From assembly GCA_905178155.1 (NCBI GenBank), contig CAJINV010000004.1:5558828-5622827 (forward strand): 64,000 bases of DNA. The letters run 5' to 3'. Below the pieces are notes generated by a model. The model did not search any database. It was not told the DNA's origin and worked only from the letters and a program-made list of their open reading frames with translations. The DNA is from Amoebophrya sp. A120 (Eukaryota; Protista; Dinoflagellata). The translations under genes were made by a program, and so were the position numbers. Positions 24,074-37,010 of the stretch are shown here, piece after piece. How positions within the stretch are numbered: the first letter of the stretch is position 1; every line of letters starts with the position of its first letter.

Positions 24074-27000
24074 TCAGAATATACCTTGCGGCGCCACCAG
24101 TTCCGGGCTCTTCTCCGAGACCACTGCACCTGCCTTTCCGCCATTCGCCCCGACGGCTTGATGTCCGCTTCCCGGAGACTCCAGACACCTCCGTTTGGGC
24201 AGCGGTTCGGTTTTGTTCATCAGCCGCGCAAAGGGCTCCGCGAGGCGAATCTTCTCGCGGACCAGGGCAACGATCTCGCACAGGAGGATGTGGTAACTGC
24301 GGAATTGCTGCTTCAGGAAGTTGGTGTGGTCGTTGGCATATGCTCTGCAAAAGTATTCTTCTCGTAGTAATAATTGCAATCATGCAAGACAAATTTCATT
24401 TCCAAGCTAAATCAGCATGACAAATTCCGTTTGTCATGCTGAGCTAATTTGTGTTGCAATACTACGAGTACGATACTTTTGCAGTTCATACGGCATCCGA
24501 ATCGGACAGCGAAGGGGCGGACGAGGAGGACGATATCACAGGAAAAAGTGTTAGCGTTAACGGAATTTGTGATGCAGCAATGCATCACCATCGCTAAACG
24601 TGCCAAAATTTGTCATGCATAGCATGCATATTGGGCTACATTTGTGATGCATGACTGCAATCGGTGAAAACCGTTAATGTTAACACTTTTTCTTGTGATA
24701 GACGATTTCTACGATTCATTTTGATAGGACTACTTTTCAAAAAGAGTACTATGCGAGATGAATTCCATTCATAATAGATTTTTTCTCAGCTGCAAACAGA
24801 ATATATAATGATCGGAATCGGGATTTATTTTTACCTCCGCCGCTGGCGAGGAGGGCATTTCATTGTCTGTCGACTCGTCATCTGCTTCGTGGTTGCCTTC
24901 CCTGAAAATTGCGTTCAGATCACTCATGATGGCGTCGTCTTCGTCCTCCTCTTGATCCGCAACCAGCCCACCAGCCGTCACTAGGCCGTACGGTCCGACG
25001 CCTAGCACGTACTGCGCCAGGCCCGCGTCGTCGTCGTCCGAGCCCGGGTTAGCAGCGTCGCTCTGCGTATCAAATGCAAATATGTCTGGGTCTGGAAACT
25101 TGTGATGCAAGAAAGGGAAGAGTGAGCGCACTGTAATGCGCCGCCCAGTATGGCAAGTTTTTCCGTGGTTCAGAGTTGCGTACTCCGCATGAGAAACTGC
25201 GTTTTTGCATGACAGACAAGAAGAGCTCTTCGCGGGCACGCAATACAGAGTTTAGAGTCATGCCAGACTAGTATGACAAATCTCGCGATCTCCCAGACCC
25301 AGACATATTTGCAATTGATACTGCGCGTCGCAGTCGTCCTCCTGCGCGTTTTCGTCCTCGCTCGAAGAGTAGTACATGGCGGCCCGCGCGTAGGCCGCAG
25401 TACCCGGCAGGGGCGGGCGGATCCCCCGCAGTCTCCGGGTCGGCGGGGCCACGGCAGGTTGTTGTTGTACTCCACCTGCGGGACCACCTGTAGCAGCCGT
25501 GGTTGCAGTTGCTCCACCAACTACGTTGGGAGTTGCACTGCCGTTAGCAACTCTCGGAGGAGGCGCCGCGGGTCCAATCATCATGTTTGTCCCGCCGGCC
25601 GCGTTGGAACCAGCTGCAGCCCCTATTACAGTGAAGAGTGCCCCCCACCCCTGAAATTGCAAAAATTTGCGATGCGAAGTCTCCCTCTCCACATGAAAAC
25701 TTTTTCTCATGCATAAAAGGAGTGCGAGTCTTTGTCTTTCTGATGCAGAGTCTAGGCGTATATCGCATCGCTTGCATGACAAGCGCCGCTCTTGTTGAGG
25801 TCTTTTGCAATACAAATTTTTGCTATAATTCACGATTGGAAACCTGTGATGCTGGTGATAGATGCAAGAGGCCGAATGTTTCATTTGGAAAGAATTGCAA
25901 TACAAATGCTCCCAAGTTCGGGGGTGGGGGCGTTTTTCATTGTAATAGCCCCACCGGCCAGGAAACCGACGCTCTCCATCTGGCGCATCAGCAACGCCTG
26001 CTGCAGAGACATCTGCTGGATCATGGGCATGGGCATCGTTCGTGGCCGGCCAGTCGCAGGACTAGAGCTTTAACATCCGTTAGCATGAGAAGTTGCGCAC
26101 TTGTAGTGAATTTTGCATGACAAATTGCAGGTGGGTCCGCCGGTACATTGTCCCTCTTGCCCTTCTGGGAAGTGCGATCTGCACACCGCAGAATTCAAGG
26201 CTTATGCGGCGGGCAGCTTCTAGACATGGCCTGGGTGCCGTTCTTTGGCCATGTCTATTCGTCTCCCTGTGCTCGCATAAGAGCACTGCAGCAGCCGGGG
26301 CAGAGACGCCAAAAAGAAAGCGCTGCGAAGCAAATGCAATTAGGCAAGAAGGCGCGAAGGCAAGGGCGAAAGGACCAGGCCGAGAGCTTTGGCGCGTCTA
26401 TCCGGCAGGCGCGTGAACTCTCCGGCCTTTTCGGCAGAATATAGACGGGCTGAGGGCAGCAGAGGGCGCTCGTCTTTTCCCCTCGGCCCCGCTTCCCAGG
26501 GTCTATTTGCGGAGTTCCTTGAGCACTTTTCTGCGCTAAAGTTTGCTTATCACGGTCGAAAATGGGCGCCCGGTGAATTTTGGGGTGAATTTTGAAAAGG
26601 GCGCCGGTGAATTTTGGCCTCCGGCTCCTTTTCAAAATTCGCTAGCGCGTGAGAAACTCCGGGTTTTGGAGCTCCAGAAAAGTTTCAAAAAAAGGAAAAG
26701 TCCCAAAATTCACCAGGAGAATTCCTGACCTGGGAATCACGTCGAAGAAGACTCGAGGACCCGAACAAGATGAGGCAGGAACACAGCTGGGAAGAAGCAA
26801 GCTACAGAGCAAACAAGCAGGCGATGCTAGCATCCATTGCAACATGTCTCCAGACATCCAAGCCGAGCCAGCCGCAACCCGTGAGAGCTACCCATTTAGA
26901 TGCTCACCCAGTGCCCCTCTCCTGTTGAGGCTTCGGCCCCCTCCCTCTCGACCCACTATGAACTCCGCAGAGGCAGTCTTTACTTCTTGGCAACGCACCA

Positions 27001-30000
27001 GGCAGCTGCAAAGACGTGCGTCTCTACTTTAGGCTCTGACAGTGAGCGTCACCATCCAAGTGGCACCAGGCAAGTGACAGCCTTTCAACTACTTACACGG
27101 AACGCTGACTGCCTGGCGTCCTTCTCGCGCTCTTCATATGCCCTCTAATTCATGCATCATGCCACGCAATACAAATTCACTGCAAATTCACCCTTCTGTA
27201 TGTTAACGACCGTCCAAGACATAATTCTTGTATGCAACGCCTGCTGCAGAGACATCTGCTGGATCATAGGCATGGGCATCGTTCTTGGCCGGCCAGTCGC
27301 AGTAGTAGCTCCAGTTGTCATCATGTCGCAATCCTCATTTTCATCGTCGTCCCCTTCTCCGTCCTCGCCGGTGTGTCCTGTCGAGAAAAATTCGTTGATG
27401 TGGTTGTACAAATCCGCGCCGTCGGGGACAGCGGCATTGGTAGAAGTGCCCGGATCATTTTTCCGATTTCCCCCCCGACCACTACCGTCTTCCAGTGCGC
27501 CAAAGCCTTGTGCGGTGAGATTGTTGGGCGAGGATATGAAGTTCTTGTTCTGGTGACCTGCCGCTCGCTTGCCACTCTGCTGGTTGTTGTGCTGTCCTGC
27601 AGCAGTTGTGTTGTTGGTGGTGGTTCCACTACCCATAAGTTGTGGACCAATACCAGATCCGCTATTTCTTCCACCGCGATTCTTGTTCATTAGCGGTCCG
27701 GGAAAGGAGTGTTTCGGCTCCTCGTCTTCATCATCGCCCATGGCCTCGTCGTCGTCCGACCGGCTGATAGTATTAGGTTTCTTCCCACACCCACCTGCAG
27801 CTCGTAGTCGTGCTCTCATTTTCATCCTACGGTTCGCATTTTCATCTTCGTCGTCATCATCACTCACATCCTTCCCGTCTGCTCTTATCAAATGCAAACA
27901 TGTTGTTCTCTGGGTCTGGAAGGATGCAACTTCTGATGCTGTCTTCGGATTCCAAAAAAACCTGTGTTGCATGACCAGCCAGAGGAGTCGATTTTGTGCT
28001 ACGCGGAGAGGGCATTTGTCATGCACTCTACGCACCATCAGAAAGGCCGCCTCCGAAAGTCTGTGATGCTAGGGCATGCATCACAGACTACATCATGGGT
28101 CATGCAAAATGTGCATGACAAGTCTTGCATTCTTGTAGCCAGACATATTTGCAGTTCATAGCTCTTGTCCGGCCACCATTTCCTGTCGTAGTCCCCCCAC
28201 CAACTCTCTGTGGCGGGGAAAACGCCGACGAGCTACCGTTCTTCTTTTTGCGCTTCCGCTCCGGAGGCGAGGGGTTCATCTGCGCGGCGGGGCTCTGTTG
28301 TTCTAACCACGAGGCGATGTTGGGATTTCGCACCACCGCGTGCAGAAACCAGTCGAAGAGGTTCTGCAACAAGTGCTTGACGCGCACCACGCCATCCTGG
28401 TGAACCCTGTAGTGGACAAAGGAGGAAGTCGTGGTTGTCGTTGTCGTAGGTGTTCCTCCAGACGATGGTAATTGCTGCGGTTGATGACGCCCCGGGTCTA
28501 CAACTTTTTTGTCGGTGGGTCCTGGAGGTCCAGTACTCGAACTATCCGCCGCAAACGAGCTGGAGCTCGATGTAGCAGCGGCTCCCGTAGTTGCTGCACC
28601 TTGCGTCGAAGAATTCGCACTCTCTACAACTCCGGAGGATGAAGTGAGCCCACTAGCAGCAGTTTTGCTGTTGTTCATCAAACTCGGCGGGCACAAAGCT
28701 CCGGCGGCACCGGCCGGGGTCGTTGTCTTTGGGGACGCGCTTGGGTTTCTATTTTTGGTGTCGTGCGAATGCTGCCCTTGCGGCCTAGAATTTTTACCCC
28801 CCGACGTCCCTCCGCAACTCGGCACAGGCTCGATGAAGGCAAACGGGCCCGTCGGGTGGCACCAGGCCGCCACGGTGCCGACCGCGTTATGAAATGCAAA
28901 AATGTCTGGGTCTAGAAGAGTCGGGGCTTGTCATGCACGCTTTGCATGACCCGTCAGGTCTGTGATGCTGTTGCTAGCATCACAGATTCGTTGAGAGCTT
29001 CTTGATGCTAGTTACGCATGACAAATGCCCTCTCTGCGTGCCGAGAGCTGACTCCTCTTTCTGCTCATGCAACACAGATATTTTTAGAATCCGCGGACAA
29101 CATTACAAGTTCCACTCTTCCAGACCCAGACGCTTTTGCATTTGATACGCGTTGGGGTGCGCCAAAATCGCGTGGAAAAAGGTGAGAAACCGCTATGGAA
29201 GTGTCAGAACCGAAATTGAAAAAATCGAAAAATTTGTGATGCATAAAACCGCTACCAGTTGGAGCCTCAGTTTGTAAATGGCGCATGACAAATTTCGGGA
29301 GCACCCAAATCCAGTCTGTCATGCTGTTTGGGCAAAGAAGACTGCTCCTGTCATGCTGCTCTGACAGCACATTACATACCCCTAAACAGGCTTGCAATCG
29401 GTCTCATTTGCCTGCTCCCCAATACAGGCCTCCAGTGCCCTACATTTTATGCATCGCAAATTTTTCGACTTTGTCGATTTCGATCCTGACACATCCATAA
29501 CCGCCGGATCAAGGGTATTTCGGTGTCGGGGGGAACATTGAAAGAACTGTCGAAATCGGAGGCTTTTATTACTCGGTAAAACAGCGTCGTGAACAAGAGT
29601 TCGCTGCCGAACAGCGTGTAGAGCGCCGCGGACCGGTGCACCACCACGTCGCCCGTGTTATGCAAGACAAAAAAAATGCGTGAGTGTAAGTCTGTGATGT
29701 AAAGCATCCAGCACTGCTACACTTGAACTTGTCATGCTAGCCACCCATGGCGTCCTATCTCATACGTGTTTTCACTGATACTTTACTAGCAGCTGTGCAT
29801 GACAGGCCAAGGCTTTGATGTCTGTCATGCAGAACAGATTGGTTATGCTGTCACTAATACCCAAGACACTATAAACTGACACAGTTTTTCTTTTTTTCGT
29901 CGTGGATACGTGTCTTCTTCCGTCGAATGCGTTGAGGTCCCCGGGTCGAGTCGCTGCACCGCTTTCCCCTTCGTGATGTACCACTCCGCGAGGGTACGCA

Positions 30001-33000
30001 CCAAAGGCGCGCTCGTCTTATCGAATGCAAAAGCATCAGTACTAAATTGCATTACAAATGAGCTCAGCATTACAAATGAAATTTGTAATGGTGTATTTCT
30101 CCTTAGGAAAGAGATTTGTCATGCATAACAGCAATCACTGCGAGTACGATACAGCTTTCGCAGTGCATACGTCTTCGCGTTCAGCAATTTGGCCAAGAAG
30201 ATTTCCGTGGGCTGCCGGCCTTTGGGGTCGTCGTAGAGAGGGTCTACGACTGCTGGTAGTTGTTGTGTACTAGTTTTCGGCTGATGTTCAAGAACGTCTT
30301 CTTCAGAAGATGAGGTTTTTTTCTCGTCCTCCTCGTTCTTCTCGGCAAGAAAAGATCTCCCTTCGGAGAGGGAGGAGAGAAACGTTCTGCCACAAGAACC
30401 TGTACTGCCTTTAGTACTAGTGCCGGCACACTTGTAGAATGGAAAGTCCTTTGGAATGTTGGAGGGAAGCAGTGGAACCCCGGGCGAGGAAGAAGTGGAA
30501 TTTATTGTTGCACCTCCACCGGTTATGATGTTTTTTCCTCCTCCTGCAGTAGAAGTTGTACCAGTACCCCCCGCACCTCCTCCTCCCGCTCGACAGGCCG
30601 CCTCTTCAAACATGTCACTGAAACACCAAATCGACGGGTTTTCCCGCCTTTTGCGGTTCGGAAGATGCGGCGCTGTTGACTTGTTCTTGGGCGCCGGGGT
30701 AGAGGAAGAAGAGGAAGAAGACGAACTACTTGAACTACTGCTTGAGGAGCTGTTTGCGGTGGTTTTCTTGTTCATCTTGTTCTTATTTCGCTTGTTTTCC
30801 TGCAACAGTATGCCCGCCGGCCCGCCCAGCAGCTTTTTGTGCACCATCTGTACGAGGTCCTGCTCCTCGTTCTTCGGTGGTGAGGACGAGGGATTTATTA
30901 CTTCCGCTGCTTCTTTTGCAGCAACCGCTCCTTCTTCGCCTGCGGCCGTATCATGATGCTGTTGAGTCAGACCAGCAATTCTATCACGTGATGAGGAGGA
31001 GGAGCTACTGTTTGCTGCTGTTGCACCTGCGTTACTCTCAGCCACTGGTCGTGGGGCAGTAGTACTTCTGCCGCGGTTCGGCAGGTGATGCGCCCGATAG
31101 TACTCCCGCACGCGGTGTTGTAATGACGGGTGGTAAATAAGCTTGGACGTGGCAGTTTTCTTGTCAGCGGAGGTTGTCGATGGTGCGCCGACTGGGGACC
31201 ATGAGGCTTTTGATGTCGGCGCCGCGGTGCATGAAGGCGGTCCTGAAAGATCTTCAGTACTTTTGCCGGCTTCCATCTCGACGTCGGCAGGGACATTTTT
31301 AGGACCATCAGGTTGATTGTCGCTGCTACAGGAAGACACAACTTGCTCCCGTGTACAATTTTGATTATGTTCCTCCTGGTCTACTACTACTTCCCGTTCC
31401 TCCACAGGAACATCAATCACCTCCCAGCTCGGCGTGGTGTATCTTGCCCGGAAATTTGCCGCGATCACATCTAAGACTGGTTGCACGTACTGCACAGAAT
31501 TCTCCACGGCTACGTCCAGGTGCTGGTGAATGAACATCTGCTGCAGGATGGGGAAAATTTTATCGCAGTCGATTTTTGCCTCCAAAAGCAGGTTCTTCTT
31601 AGCCAAATGGCCCAGCAAGGACAGCTTCTCGACCAGTTCGGGGATCGGTTGGAAGGGCTTTGATATTTCCTCTTCGTTTTGATGAGTCTCTTCATCTTCA
31701 ACCAGATTGCTTTCCAGAAAAGCGGCACTCAACTCGTTGTTCGTGTTCCCAGCAAAATTGTTGTTCATAGCCTCAGTAGTAGTTGCACTCGCGTTGAGTA
31801 TTTTCTTCTTGACTTCGGCCTCTACGAGAGTGTGAATGGCTTCCAGCGCCGTCGTGACCATCGGGCCGATTGTGTGCAGGCGGTTTTTTGCCAACAGACC
31901 CGCAATCAACAGGTCCATCAGTTTATCCAAGAAAAAAACTGCGTTCATCTAAGTCTTTTGGGAAAACTGCATCACAAGTTCGGCTGCCATGACAGGAAAA
32001 ACTTGTTATGCACAGATAGTAAGGGAAAACACATAGGAAGCGAGCCGATCACGCATGTCGAGCATGACAAGTATAACTGTTTTGCATTTTCTGCATCACA
32101 GATTTACACTTACGCAGTTTTTTTCTTGGATACAGTTTGGGCAGAAAGCCGCCCGATTCCAGCGCACCCCACACGTCGTGAAACTTTGACAAATACGGGT
32201 CGGTTAGCTTGCAAGACGAGGTGTACTTCGGGTCCGCCAGCTCGGTTTTTAGGTTGTCGAGGAACTCCAAAGCGTTGAAGACCCAGGTTTGTTTGCACCG
32301 CTGGAAATCTTCTTCCGCCTCTTCGCTGAGCGGCTCTGGTTTCTATCAACTGCAAAAATGTTTCGGTCTGGAAACTTGTAATGCTGCGTTGGGAATAGTG
32401 AATGCTCTGTAATGCACAGGCAAGCATGAGGTAGGATGAGAAATATGAATATCTGCGCTTCTTTGTGTTGCGTTTTTCGCATGACAAACTGCGTTTTTGC
32501 ATGACAGGCAAAAGGGTCTCTTCTTGGACACGCATCACAAACTTTTTGGTCATGCCAAACAAGCATGACAAATCTCAAAATCTTCCAGACCTAGATATTT
32601 TTGCATTTGATAGTTTCACCGGGTTGTCGATGCTGCAGGTGAGGGGGTCGAAACGGCCCAAATAATTGGCATCGTCGCCAAAACGGAACTATCAAATGCA
32701 AAAATGTCTGGGTCTGAAAGAGTGCCAGACTTGTCATGCAGGTTTTCCATGACCCATGAGGTCTGGCATGCACGGCCTAGCATGACAGGTTCTGTGACAT
32801 CTCTATCATGCCTTTTCCGCATGAGAAACTGCCTCTAGACTTGTTCAAAAGTGAACCTCTTTTGGTAATCATGCAACAAAACTTTTTCCACGATCCAGAT
32901 GTAGCATGACAAGTTACACTCTTCCAGACCCAGACATATTTGCAATGCATAGGAACTGGGGCAGATTGAAGAACCGCCGTGGGTCGGGAAATGAGGAGGA

Positions 33001-35905
33001 CAATTCTTGCGCTGTTTTTTCTTGAGGGTCTTCTTTTTCCCCGCCATCTACTTCTGGCGTTCTGTTCAAGCAGAGCGGGTCATAAACCGGTTTGCGCGGC
33101 AAGGTGCGGAGAAAGTGGTAGACCATGTGCGTGACCGTCGTCCACGTATTCATCATGGCGTACTGCCCAGTCGCGGTGTTGAACGCCTTGCACGCTTCCA
33201 GACACAGCCGCGCAAAATATGTCGAGGCCCGGTTGTGGAGGTGCACATTCGTTTTCGCGCACAGGTCCGCCAAGTGAAACTGGCTATGGGAATGTCAGGA
33301 TTGAAATCGACAAAGTTGAAATAACTTGTAATGCATAAAATCGATACCAATTGGACCCGCAGTTTCTCGTCGGTGCATGACAAATTTGGTCCGTACCGGA
33401 AGCCAGTTTGTCATGTCGTTTAGGGCAAAGGGGCTCCCCTCTGTGATGCTAATCAGCACCCCAATTCTCGACCCTTACCAGCACTACAATCTGCATCCCT
33501 TGCGTCCTCTGCAATAGAGGCAGTCTGTGCGTTGCATTTTATGCATTACAAGTGATTTCAACTTTGACGATTTCAATCCTGACACTACCATACTGGCAAC
33601 AGAACGCGTAGTTCCGTCTCTGCCAGTCGAGATTTCCCAGGGGCGACTGCTTGTACGCGTTTAGGAATTTGAGCGTCTCGATATTACAATGAAAAATGCC
33701 CCCTCCCCATATCAAAACGGAAATCTGTGATGCAGATTTGTGGTCACAAATCAGCTTTGTGATGCTAGAAGGCAAAAGATGCGGACTGTAGTGCTGTCTA
33801 GCGTGGGAAAGCCTTGCAGCTCCAGGATGACAGGAGGCAACTGGAAGTGGCAAACAGCATGACAGATTGCCTGCAATTTAGGCCGCAGCTTCGTCTCTTG
33901 GCCTTCTAGCAATACAAGTCGATTTGTGTACTCAAATACAGCATCACAAATTCGCGCATCTTCCGTTTCCGATATGGGGTGGGGGCTTTTTTCACTTTGA
34001 TACTCGAAGTCAAGGCTGTGTGATACATCGCAAACATGTTTGAGTGTGTCAACATCGTGTGGAAAGTAAATTTGTGTTGCTGGTGATACTCGCACCGTAC
34101 CGCAGTCCTTCGTACGACATAAACACAGCTTGGGGGGCTCGTATCATTTTGCGAATGATCGAAGTCATCTATTACTGACAGATCTTGTTGTCCTTTGAGC
34201 AATCTCTTTTGGCATGGGAATGAATCCTGTTTATCTCCCCGACATGTTTGCAAAATGCATATGTGTTCGCTCTCCTCATCGGCCATGTTCTCTTCAAAAT
34301 ACTTCTCGTAGTGGAGGTGAAACATCGTTTCCACCGGATTCGGCAATTCGTGCGTTTTGGTCAGCAAAATCGCGTAGTTCAGGGCGGGCGGAACGCCGAG
34401 CGGCACGGCCTCGGGTCGGAGAAAAAAACACTCCTGCGGGGTGAGCATCGTCTCTGGGTCGCGCGGATCGTCGACCGTTTGCCGCCACGTCAGGAGCGGA
34501 TTGTGGGTGAGACCTGGTCGTGTTTGAACATCACTATAGCTATACCATACTGATTTCACATTTCACCTTCGTGGTTCTACTGGGATAAGTGAGAATACGT
34601 TTTCATGCACAGGAGCAATACGAGTTTCCTCTGCCTGTAAACCTCTGAGACTGATTACACTTCAGTATCACATCAATTCCATGGAACAACGACCTATCAG
34701 CTTGAACATGAAAATTTCTAAAAAAGCAATACCGTGTCGCCTTGCTCTCTCCATGTTGCAGATAAGTCGATACACCCCGACGTCTTCTTTTGGTCTGGAA
34801 ACCCCCACCAGCGGCCAGTGATCCGAGTAGAACCGCGCGGAGGCGAGAACTGGGTAATTTTCAACATGATCGCTTTGATGTGGTTTTTTACTCCTACTTC
34901 CGCTCGAGCCGCCTTTCGTCCCTCCCTGACTCAAAAGAACCTCCGCTGCGGAGGAAGAGGAACTGCTAAAATCGGGCGATGAAGGGCCGACGCCGATTGT
35001 TGTCCCGTTTGGATCTTTGATTGCAGAGCATGCTGTGGTGGACGAAGAGGAGGAGGATGCGCTGCTTGCGGACGACTTTTGGTTGCTGATCTCTTGTTCA
35101 GAAGAGGAGGAAGAGGCGGCGGCGTTGCTATTGACATTCAGCACGACGGCGCCACGCGTCGATTCTTGCTCGTTGTGCGGAGGAGCTCCTGCATGATCAG
35201 AAGACAACATGTCTCCATTTACTATCCCGCCCGGAGGTTGTTGTGCCGCTGCATCATTTTGTTCACCCGCAAGAATTATGTCTGGATCGACGTCCTCTGC
35301 AGGCGGCATTTCCACGTCCTCGTTGCTATCCTCATTTTTTCTTGGCCTCCCGTCGGCCAGGATGTTGGCTGCGTGGTCTCTTTCCAACAAAACAACCCTT
35401 GTTTTTCTGCCTCCATTGAAGTTCGACGCCCTTGCTTCCGCCCGTTCCCTTTCGGCCTTCACTTGCAGACTCGTTAGCTCGTTTTTCCGCTTCAATTCCT
35501 CGATTATTTCCTCGTCATGCCGTGCCATCTCCTGGAGGCACTCTTGCACTTTCGCGAACGGGGCGCGCAGCGGGAGCTGGCGATGGTGTCGCCCGCACCA
35601 GGAGTAGCACCACAGCCATATGACTTGCCCAAACGTTACAATCTCAAACGTTACAATAGAGTCTGGAATTTGTGTTGCATGATGAGCATGACAGACGCGC
35701 ACAGCGTTCCACTTTTTGCAATACAAATTTCGCCAGATTGTAGTGGGGTTCGGGGTTTCGGAACTTGTCATGCGCAATCCTACGAGAGTTGGCTAGATCA
35801 CGCACTCTTGCATCACAGATGTCCATATTCTATTGTGACGTTTGAGATTGCAACACCTGAGCGGGTTATAAGCCATTGCGTCTCGGCCTCCTCGTCGACC
35901 TCCAT
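24074..35905 (-). CDS. Very large hypothetical protein gene (~12 kb) with 15 introners, canonical introns and a 1.2-kb insertion
   Basis: In-frame joins: ETQWL|WCYSW, GFLPKL|MDLLI, LNAKT|SAPLV, TEEDT|GDVVV, PLIRR|FLTFF, HPNA|VGTVAAW, SDSDA|DDHTNF. Could be two genes; the canonical introns were not fully resolved. Confidence 0.55.
24339..24490. mobile_element. Introner family D
   Basis: TIRs; repeat tggca/cggca. Confidence 0.88.
24534..24700. mobile_element. Introner family I
   Basis: TIR tatcacaggaaaaagtgttagcgttaac; repeat gacga/gacga. Confidence 0.9.
25068..25320. mobile_element. Introner family A
   Basis: TIRs; repeat ctgcg/ctgcg. Confidence 0.9.
25624..25947. mobile_element. Introner family C-like
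   Basis: TIR tattacagtgaagagtgccccccacccc; repeat gcccc/gcccc. Confidence 0.9.
26060..27233. mobile_element. ~1.17-kb insertion flanked by a 69-bp duplication of host exon; internal ggtgaatttt repeats at ~26570-26715
   Basis: Direct repeats 25991-26059 and 27234-27302 with 2 mismatches. Confidence 0.65.
27886..28160. mobile_element. Introner family A
   Basis: TIRs; repeat gctct/gctct. Confidence 0.9.
28888..29147. mobile_element. Introner family A
   Basis: TIRs; repeat cgcgt/cgcgt. Confidence 0.9.
29194..29499. mobile_element. Introner family F
   Basis: tatggaagtgtcag ... cctgacacatccata; repeat accgc/accgc. Confidence 0.9.
29659..29908. mobile_element. Introner family G-like
   Basis: tatgcaagacaaaaaaaa ... 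tttttttcgtcgtggata; repeat cgtgt/cgtgt. Confidence 0.85.
30019..30169. mobile_element. Introner family D
   Basis: Family D ends; repeat cgtct/cgtct. Confidence 0.88.
31924..32132. mobile_element. Introner family G
   Basis: TIR tatccaagaaaaaaactgcg; repeat cagtt/cagtt. Confidence 0.9.
32344..32612. mobile_element. Introner family A
   Basis: TIRs; repeat gtttc/gtttc. Confidence 0.9.
32690..32951. mobile_element. Introner family A
   Basis: TIRs; repeat ggaac/ggaac. Confidence 0.9.
33285..33592. mobile_element. Introner family F
   Basis: TIRs; repeat ctggc/ctggc. Confidence 0.9.
33682..34002. mobile_element. Introner family C
   Basis: TIRs; repeat ctcga/ctcga. Confidence 0.9.
35619..35870. 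mobile_element. Introner family H
   Basis: TIR tatgacttgcccaaacgttacaatctcaaacgttacaatag; repeat agcca/agcca. Confidence 0.9.
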
Positions 35906-37010
35906 CTTGGTGAGTCGGTTAATATTGAACGGATTTTTCTGCAGATGAATTCGACAAGTTTTTGAGTATCCGGGAAGAACAAACGGGGAATATTAAGGAC
36001 CACCAGATCTACTTTCTTGTTGAGTAGCGCAAGGACAACGACCTAAAGCCTCTCGTTCCGCGTTGATGTATCTTGTAGAACTTTACATCCTCTAATTCTA
36101 GTTCTAGTTCTACCATGGTGCTGAATCCGCCGGGAGCAAAAGAAACAAGATTCACGCAAAGTGCAAGCGCATCATGAGGTGGAAACACGACAGTTGTATG
36201 CGTCTAAAAGCACAGACTGAATCGCTTCTGATGTCATAGAGGTCCAGGCCAGAGAAAAAAATCGAAGTGGTCATTATTGTGCGGATGCTAACTGAGAAGA
36301 TTTAGTAAGCACTAGTCGGCGAAACAAATCAATTTACATGTAGAAGTGCCTTGTTTTTTTTTTGTAGTGCCATTTTTTATGTAGTGTACACGCTAGATGG
36401 TTTCATCGTCAAAAACGCATCATTGAGAGATATAGCCGCACAGTGAACGACGCCTTTCTTTGAGACGACAGTAGGCCTTTTTGATGCAGCGGAGGTGGAT
36501 CTGCACAACATCAAGTCACTGCCGGGGTACTTTGCGGTGTTTGCGTTTGGTGTGAGCAACAATTTGCAGCTGTTTTCATCACTTTTGGTTCTATCTTGTG
36601 GAGCGCAGGAAAAAAGATATTTCTCCGCCTGCGCAAGAACCGCAAGGACGTTGTACCCATGTTTCATCTTCGGAACAGCAGCGCAATAAACAGGAGTAGA
36701 GCATAATCCTGTCGCGAGAAAGATGTTGCAACTCGTCGCGCACACAGATGCTCAGGCACATCCATGCTCTAGGGAATAAATGTGCAGCGTGGGCGCAGCG
36801 GTCGCGGCTTTCAGCTCGCTTCTTTGAAAAATTGTTGTCAACATTGCGATCGTTCCTACCAACTACTGTCGGCAATATTGCATTTGTAGTTCCAAATTGA
36901 TGTTCGAATGAATTTCATCGGAGATAGTGTTGAACATCGTGCATTTAAGATTTTCTTTTTACGCATGTGCCCAACGTGCTGTCACAGGTTTCCATTCCTT
37001 CTCAAAGATA

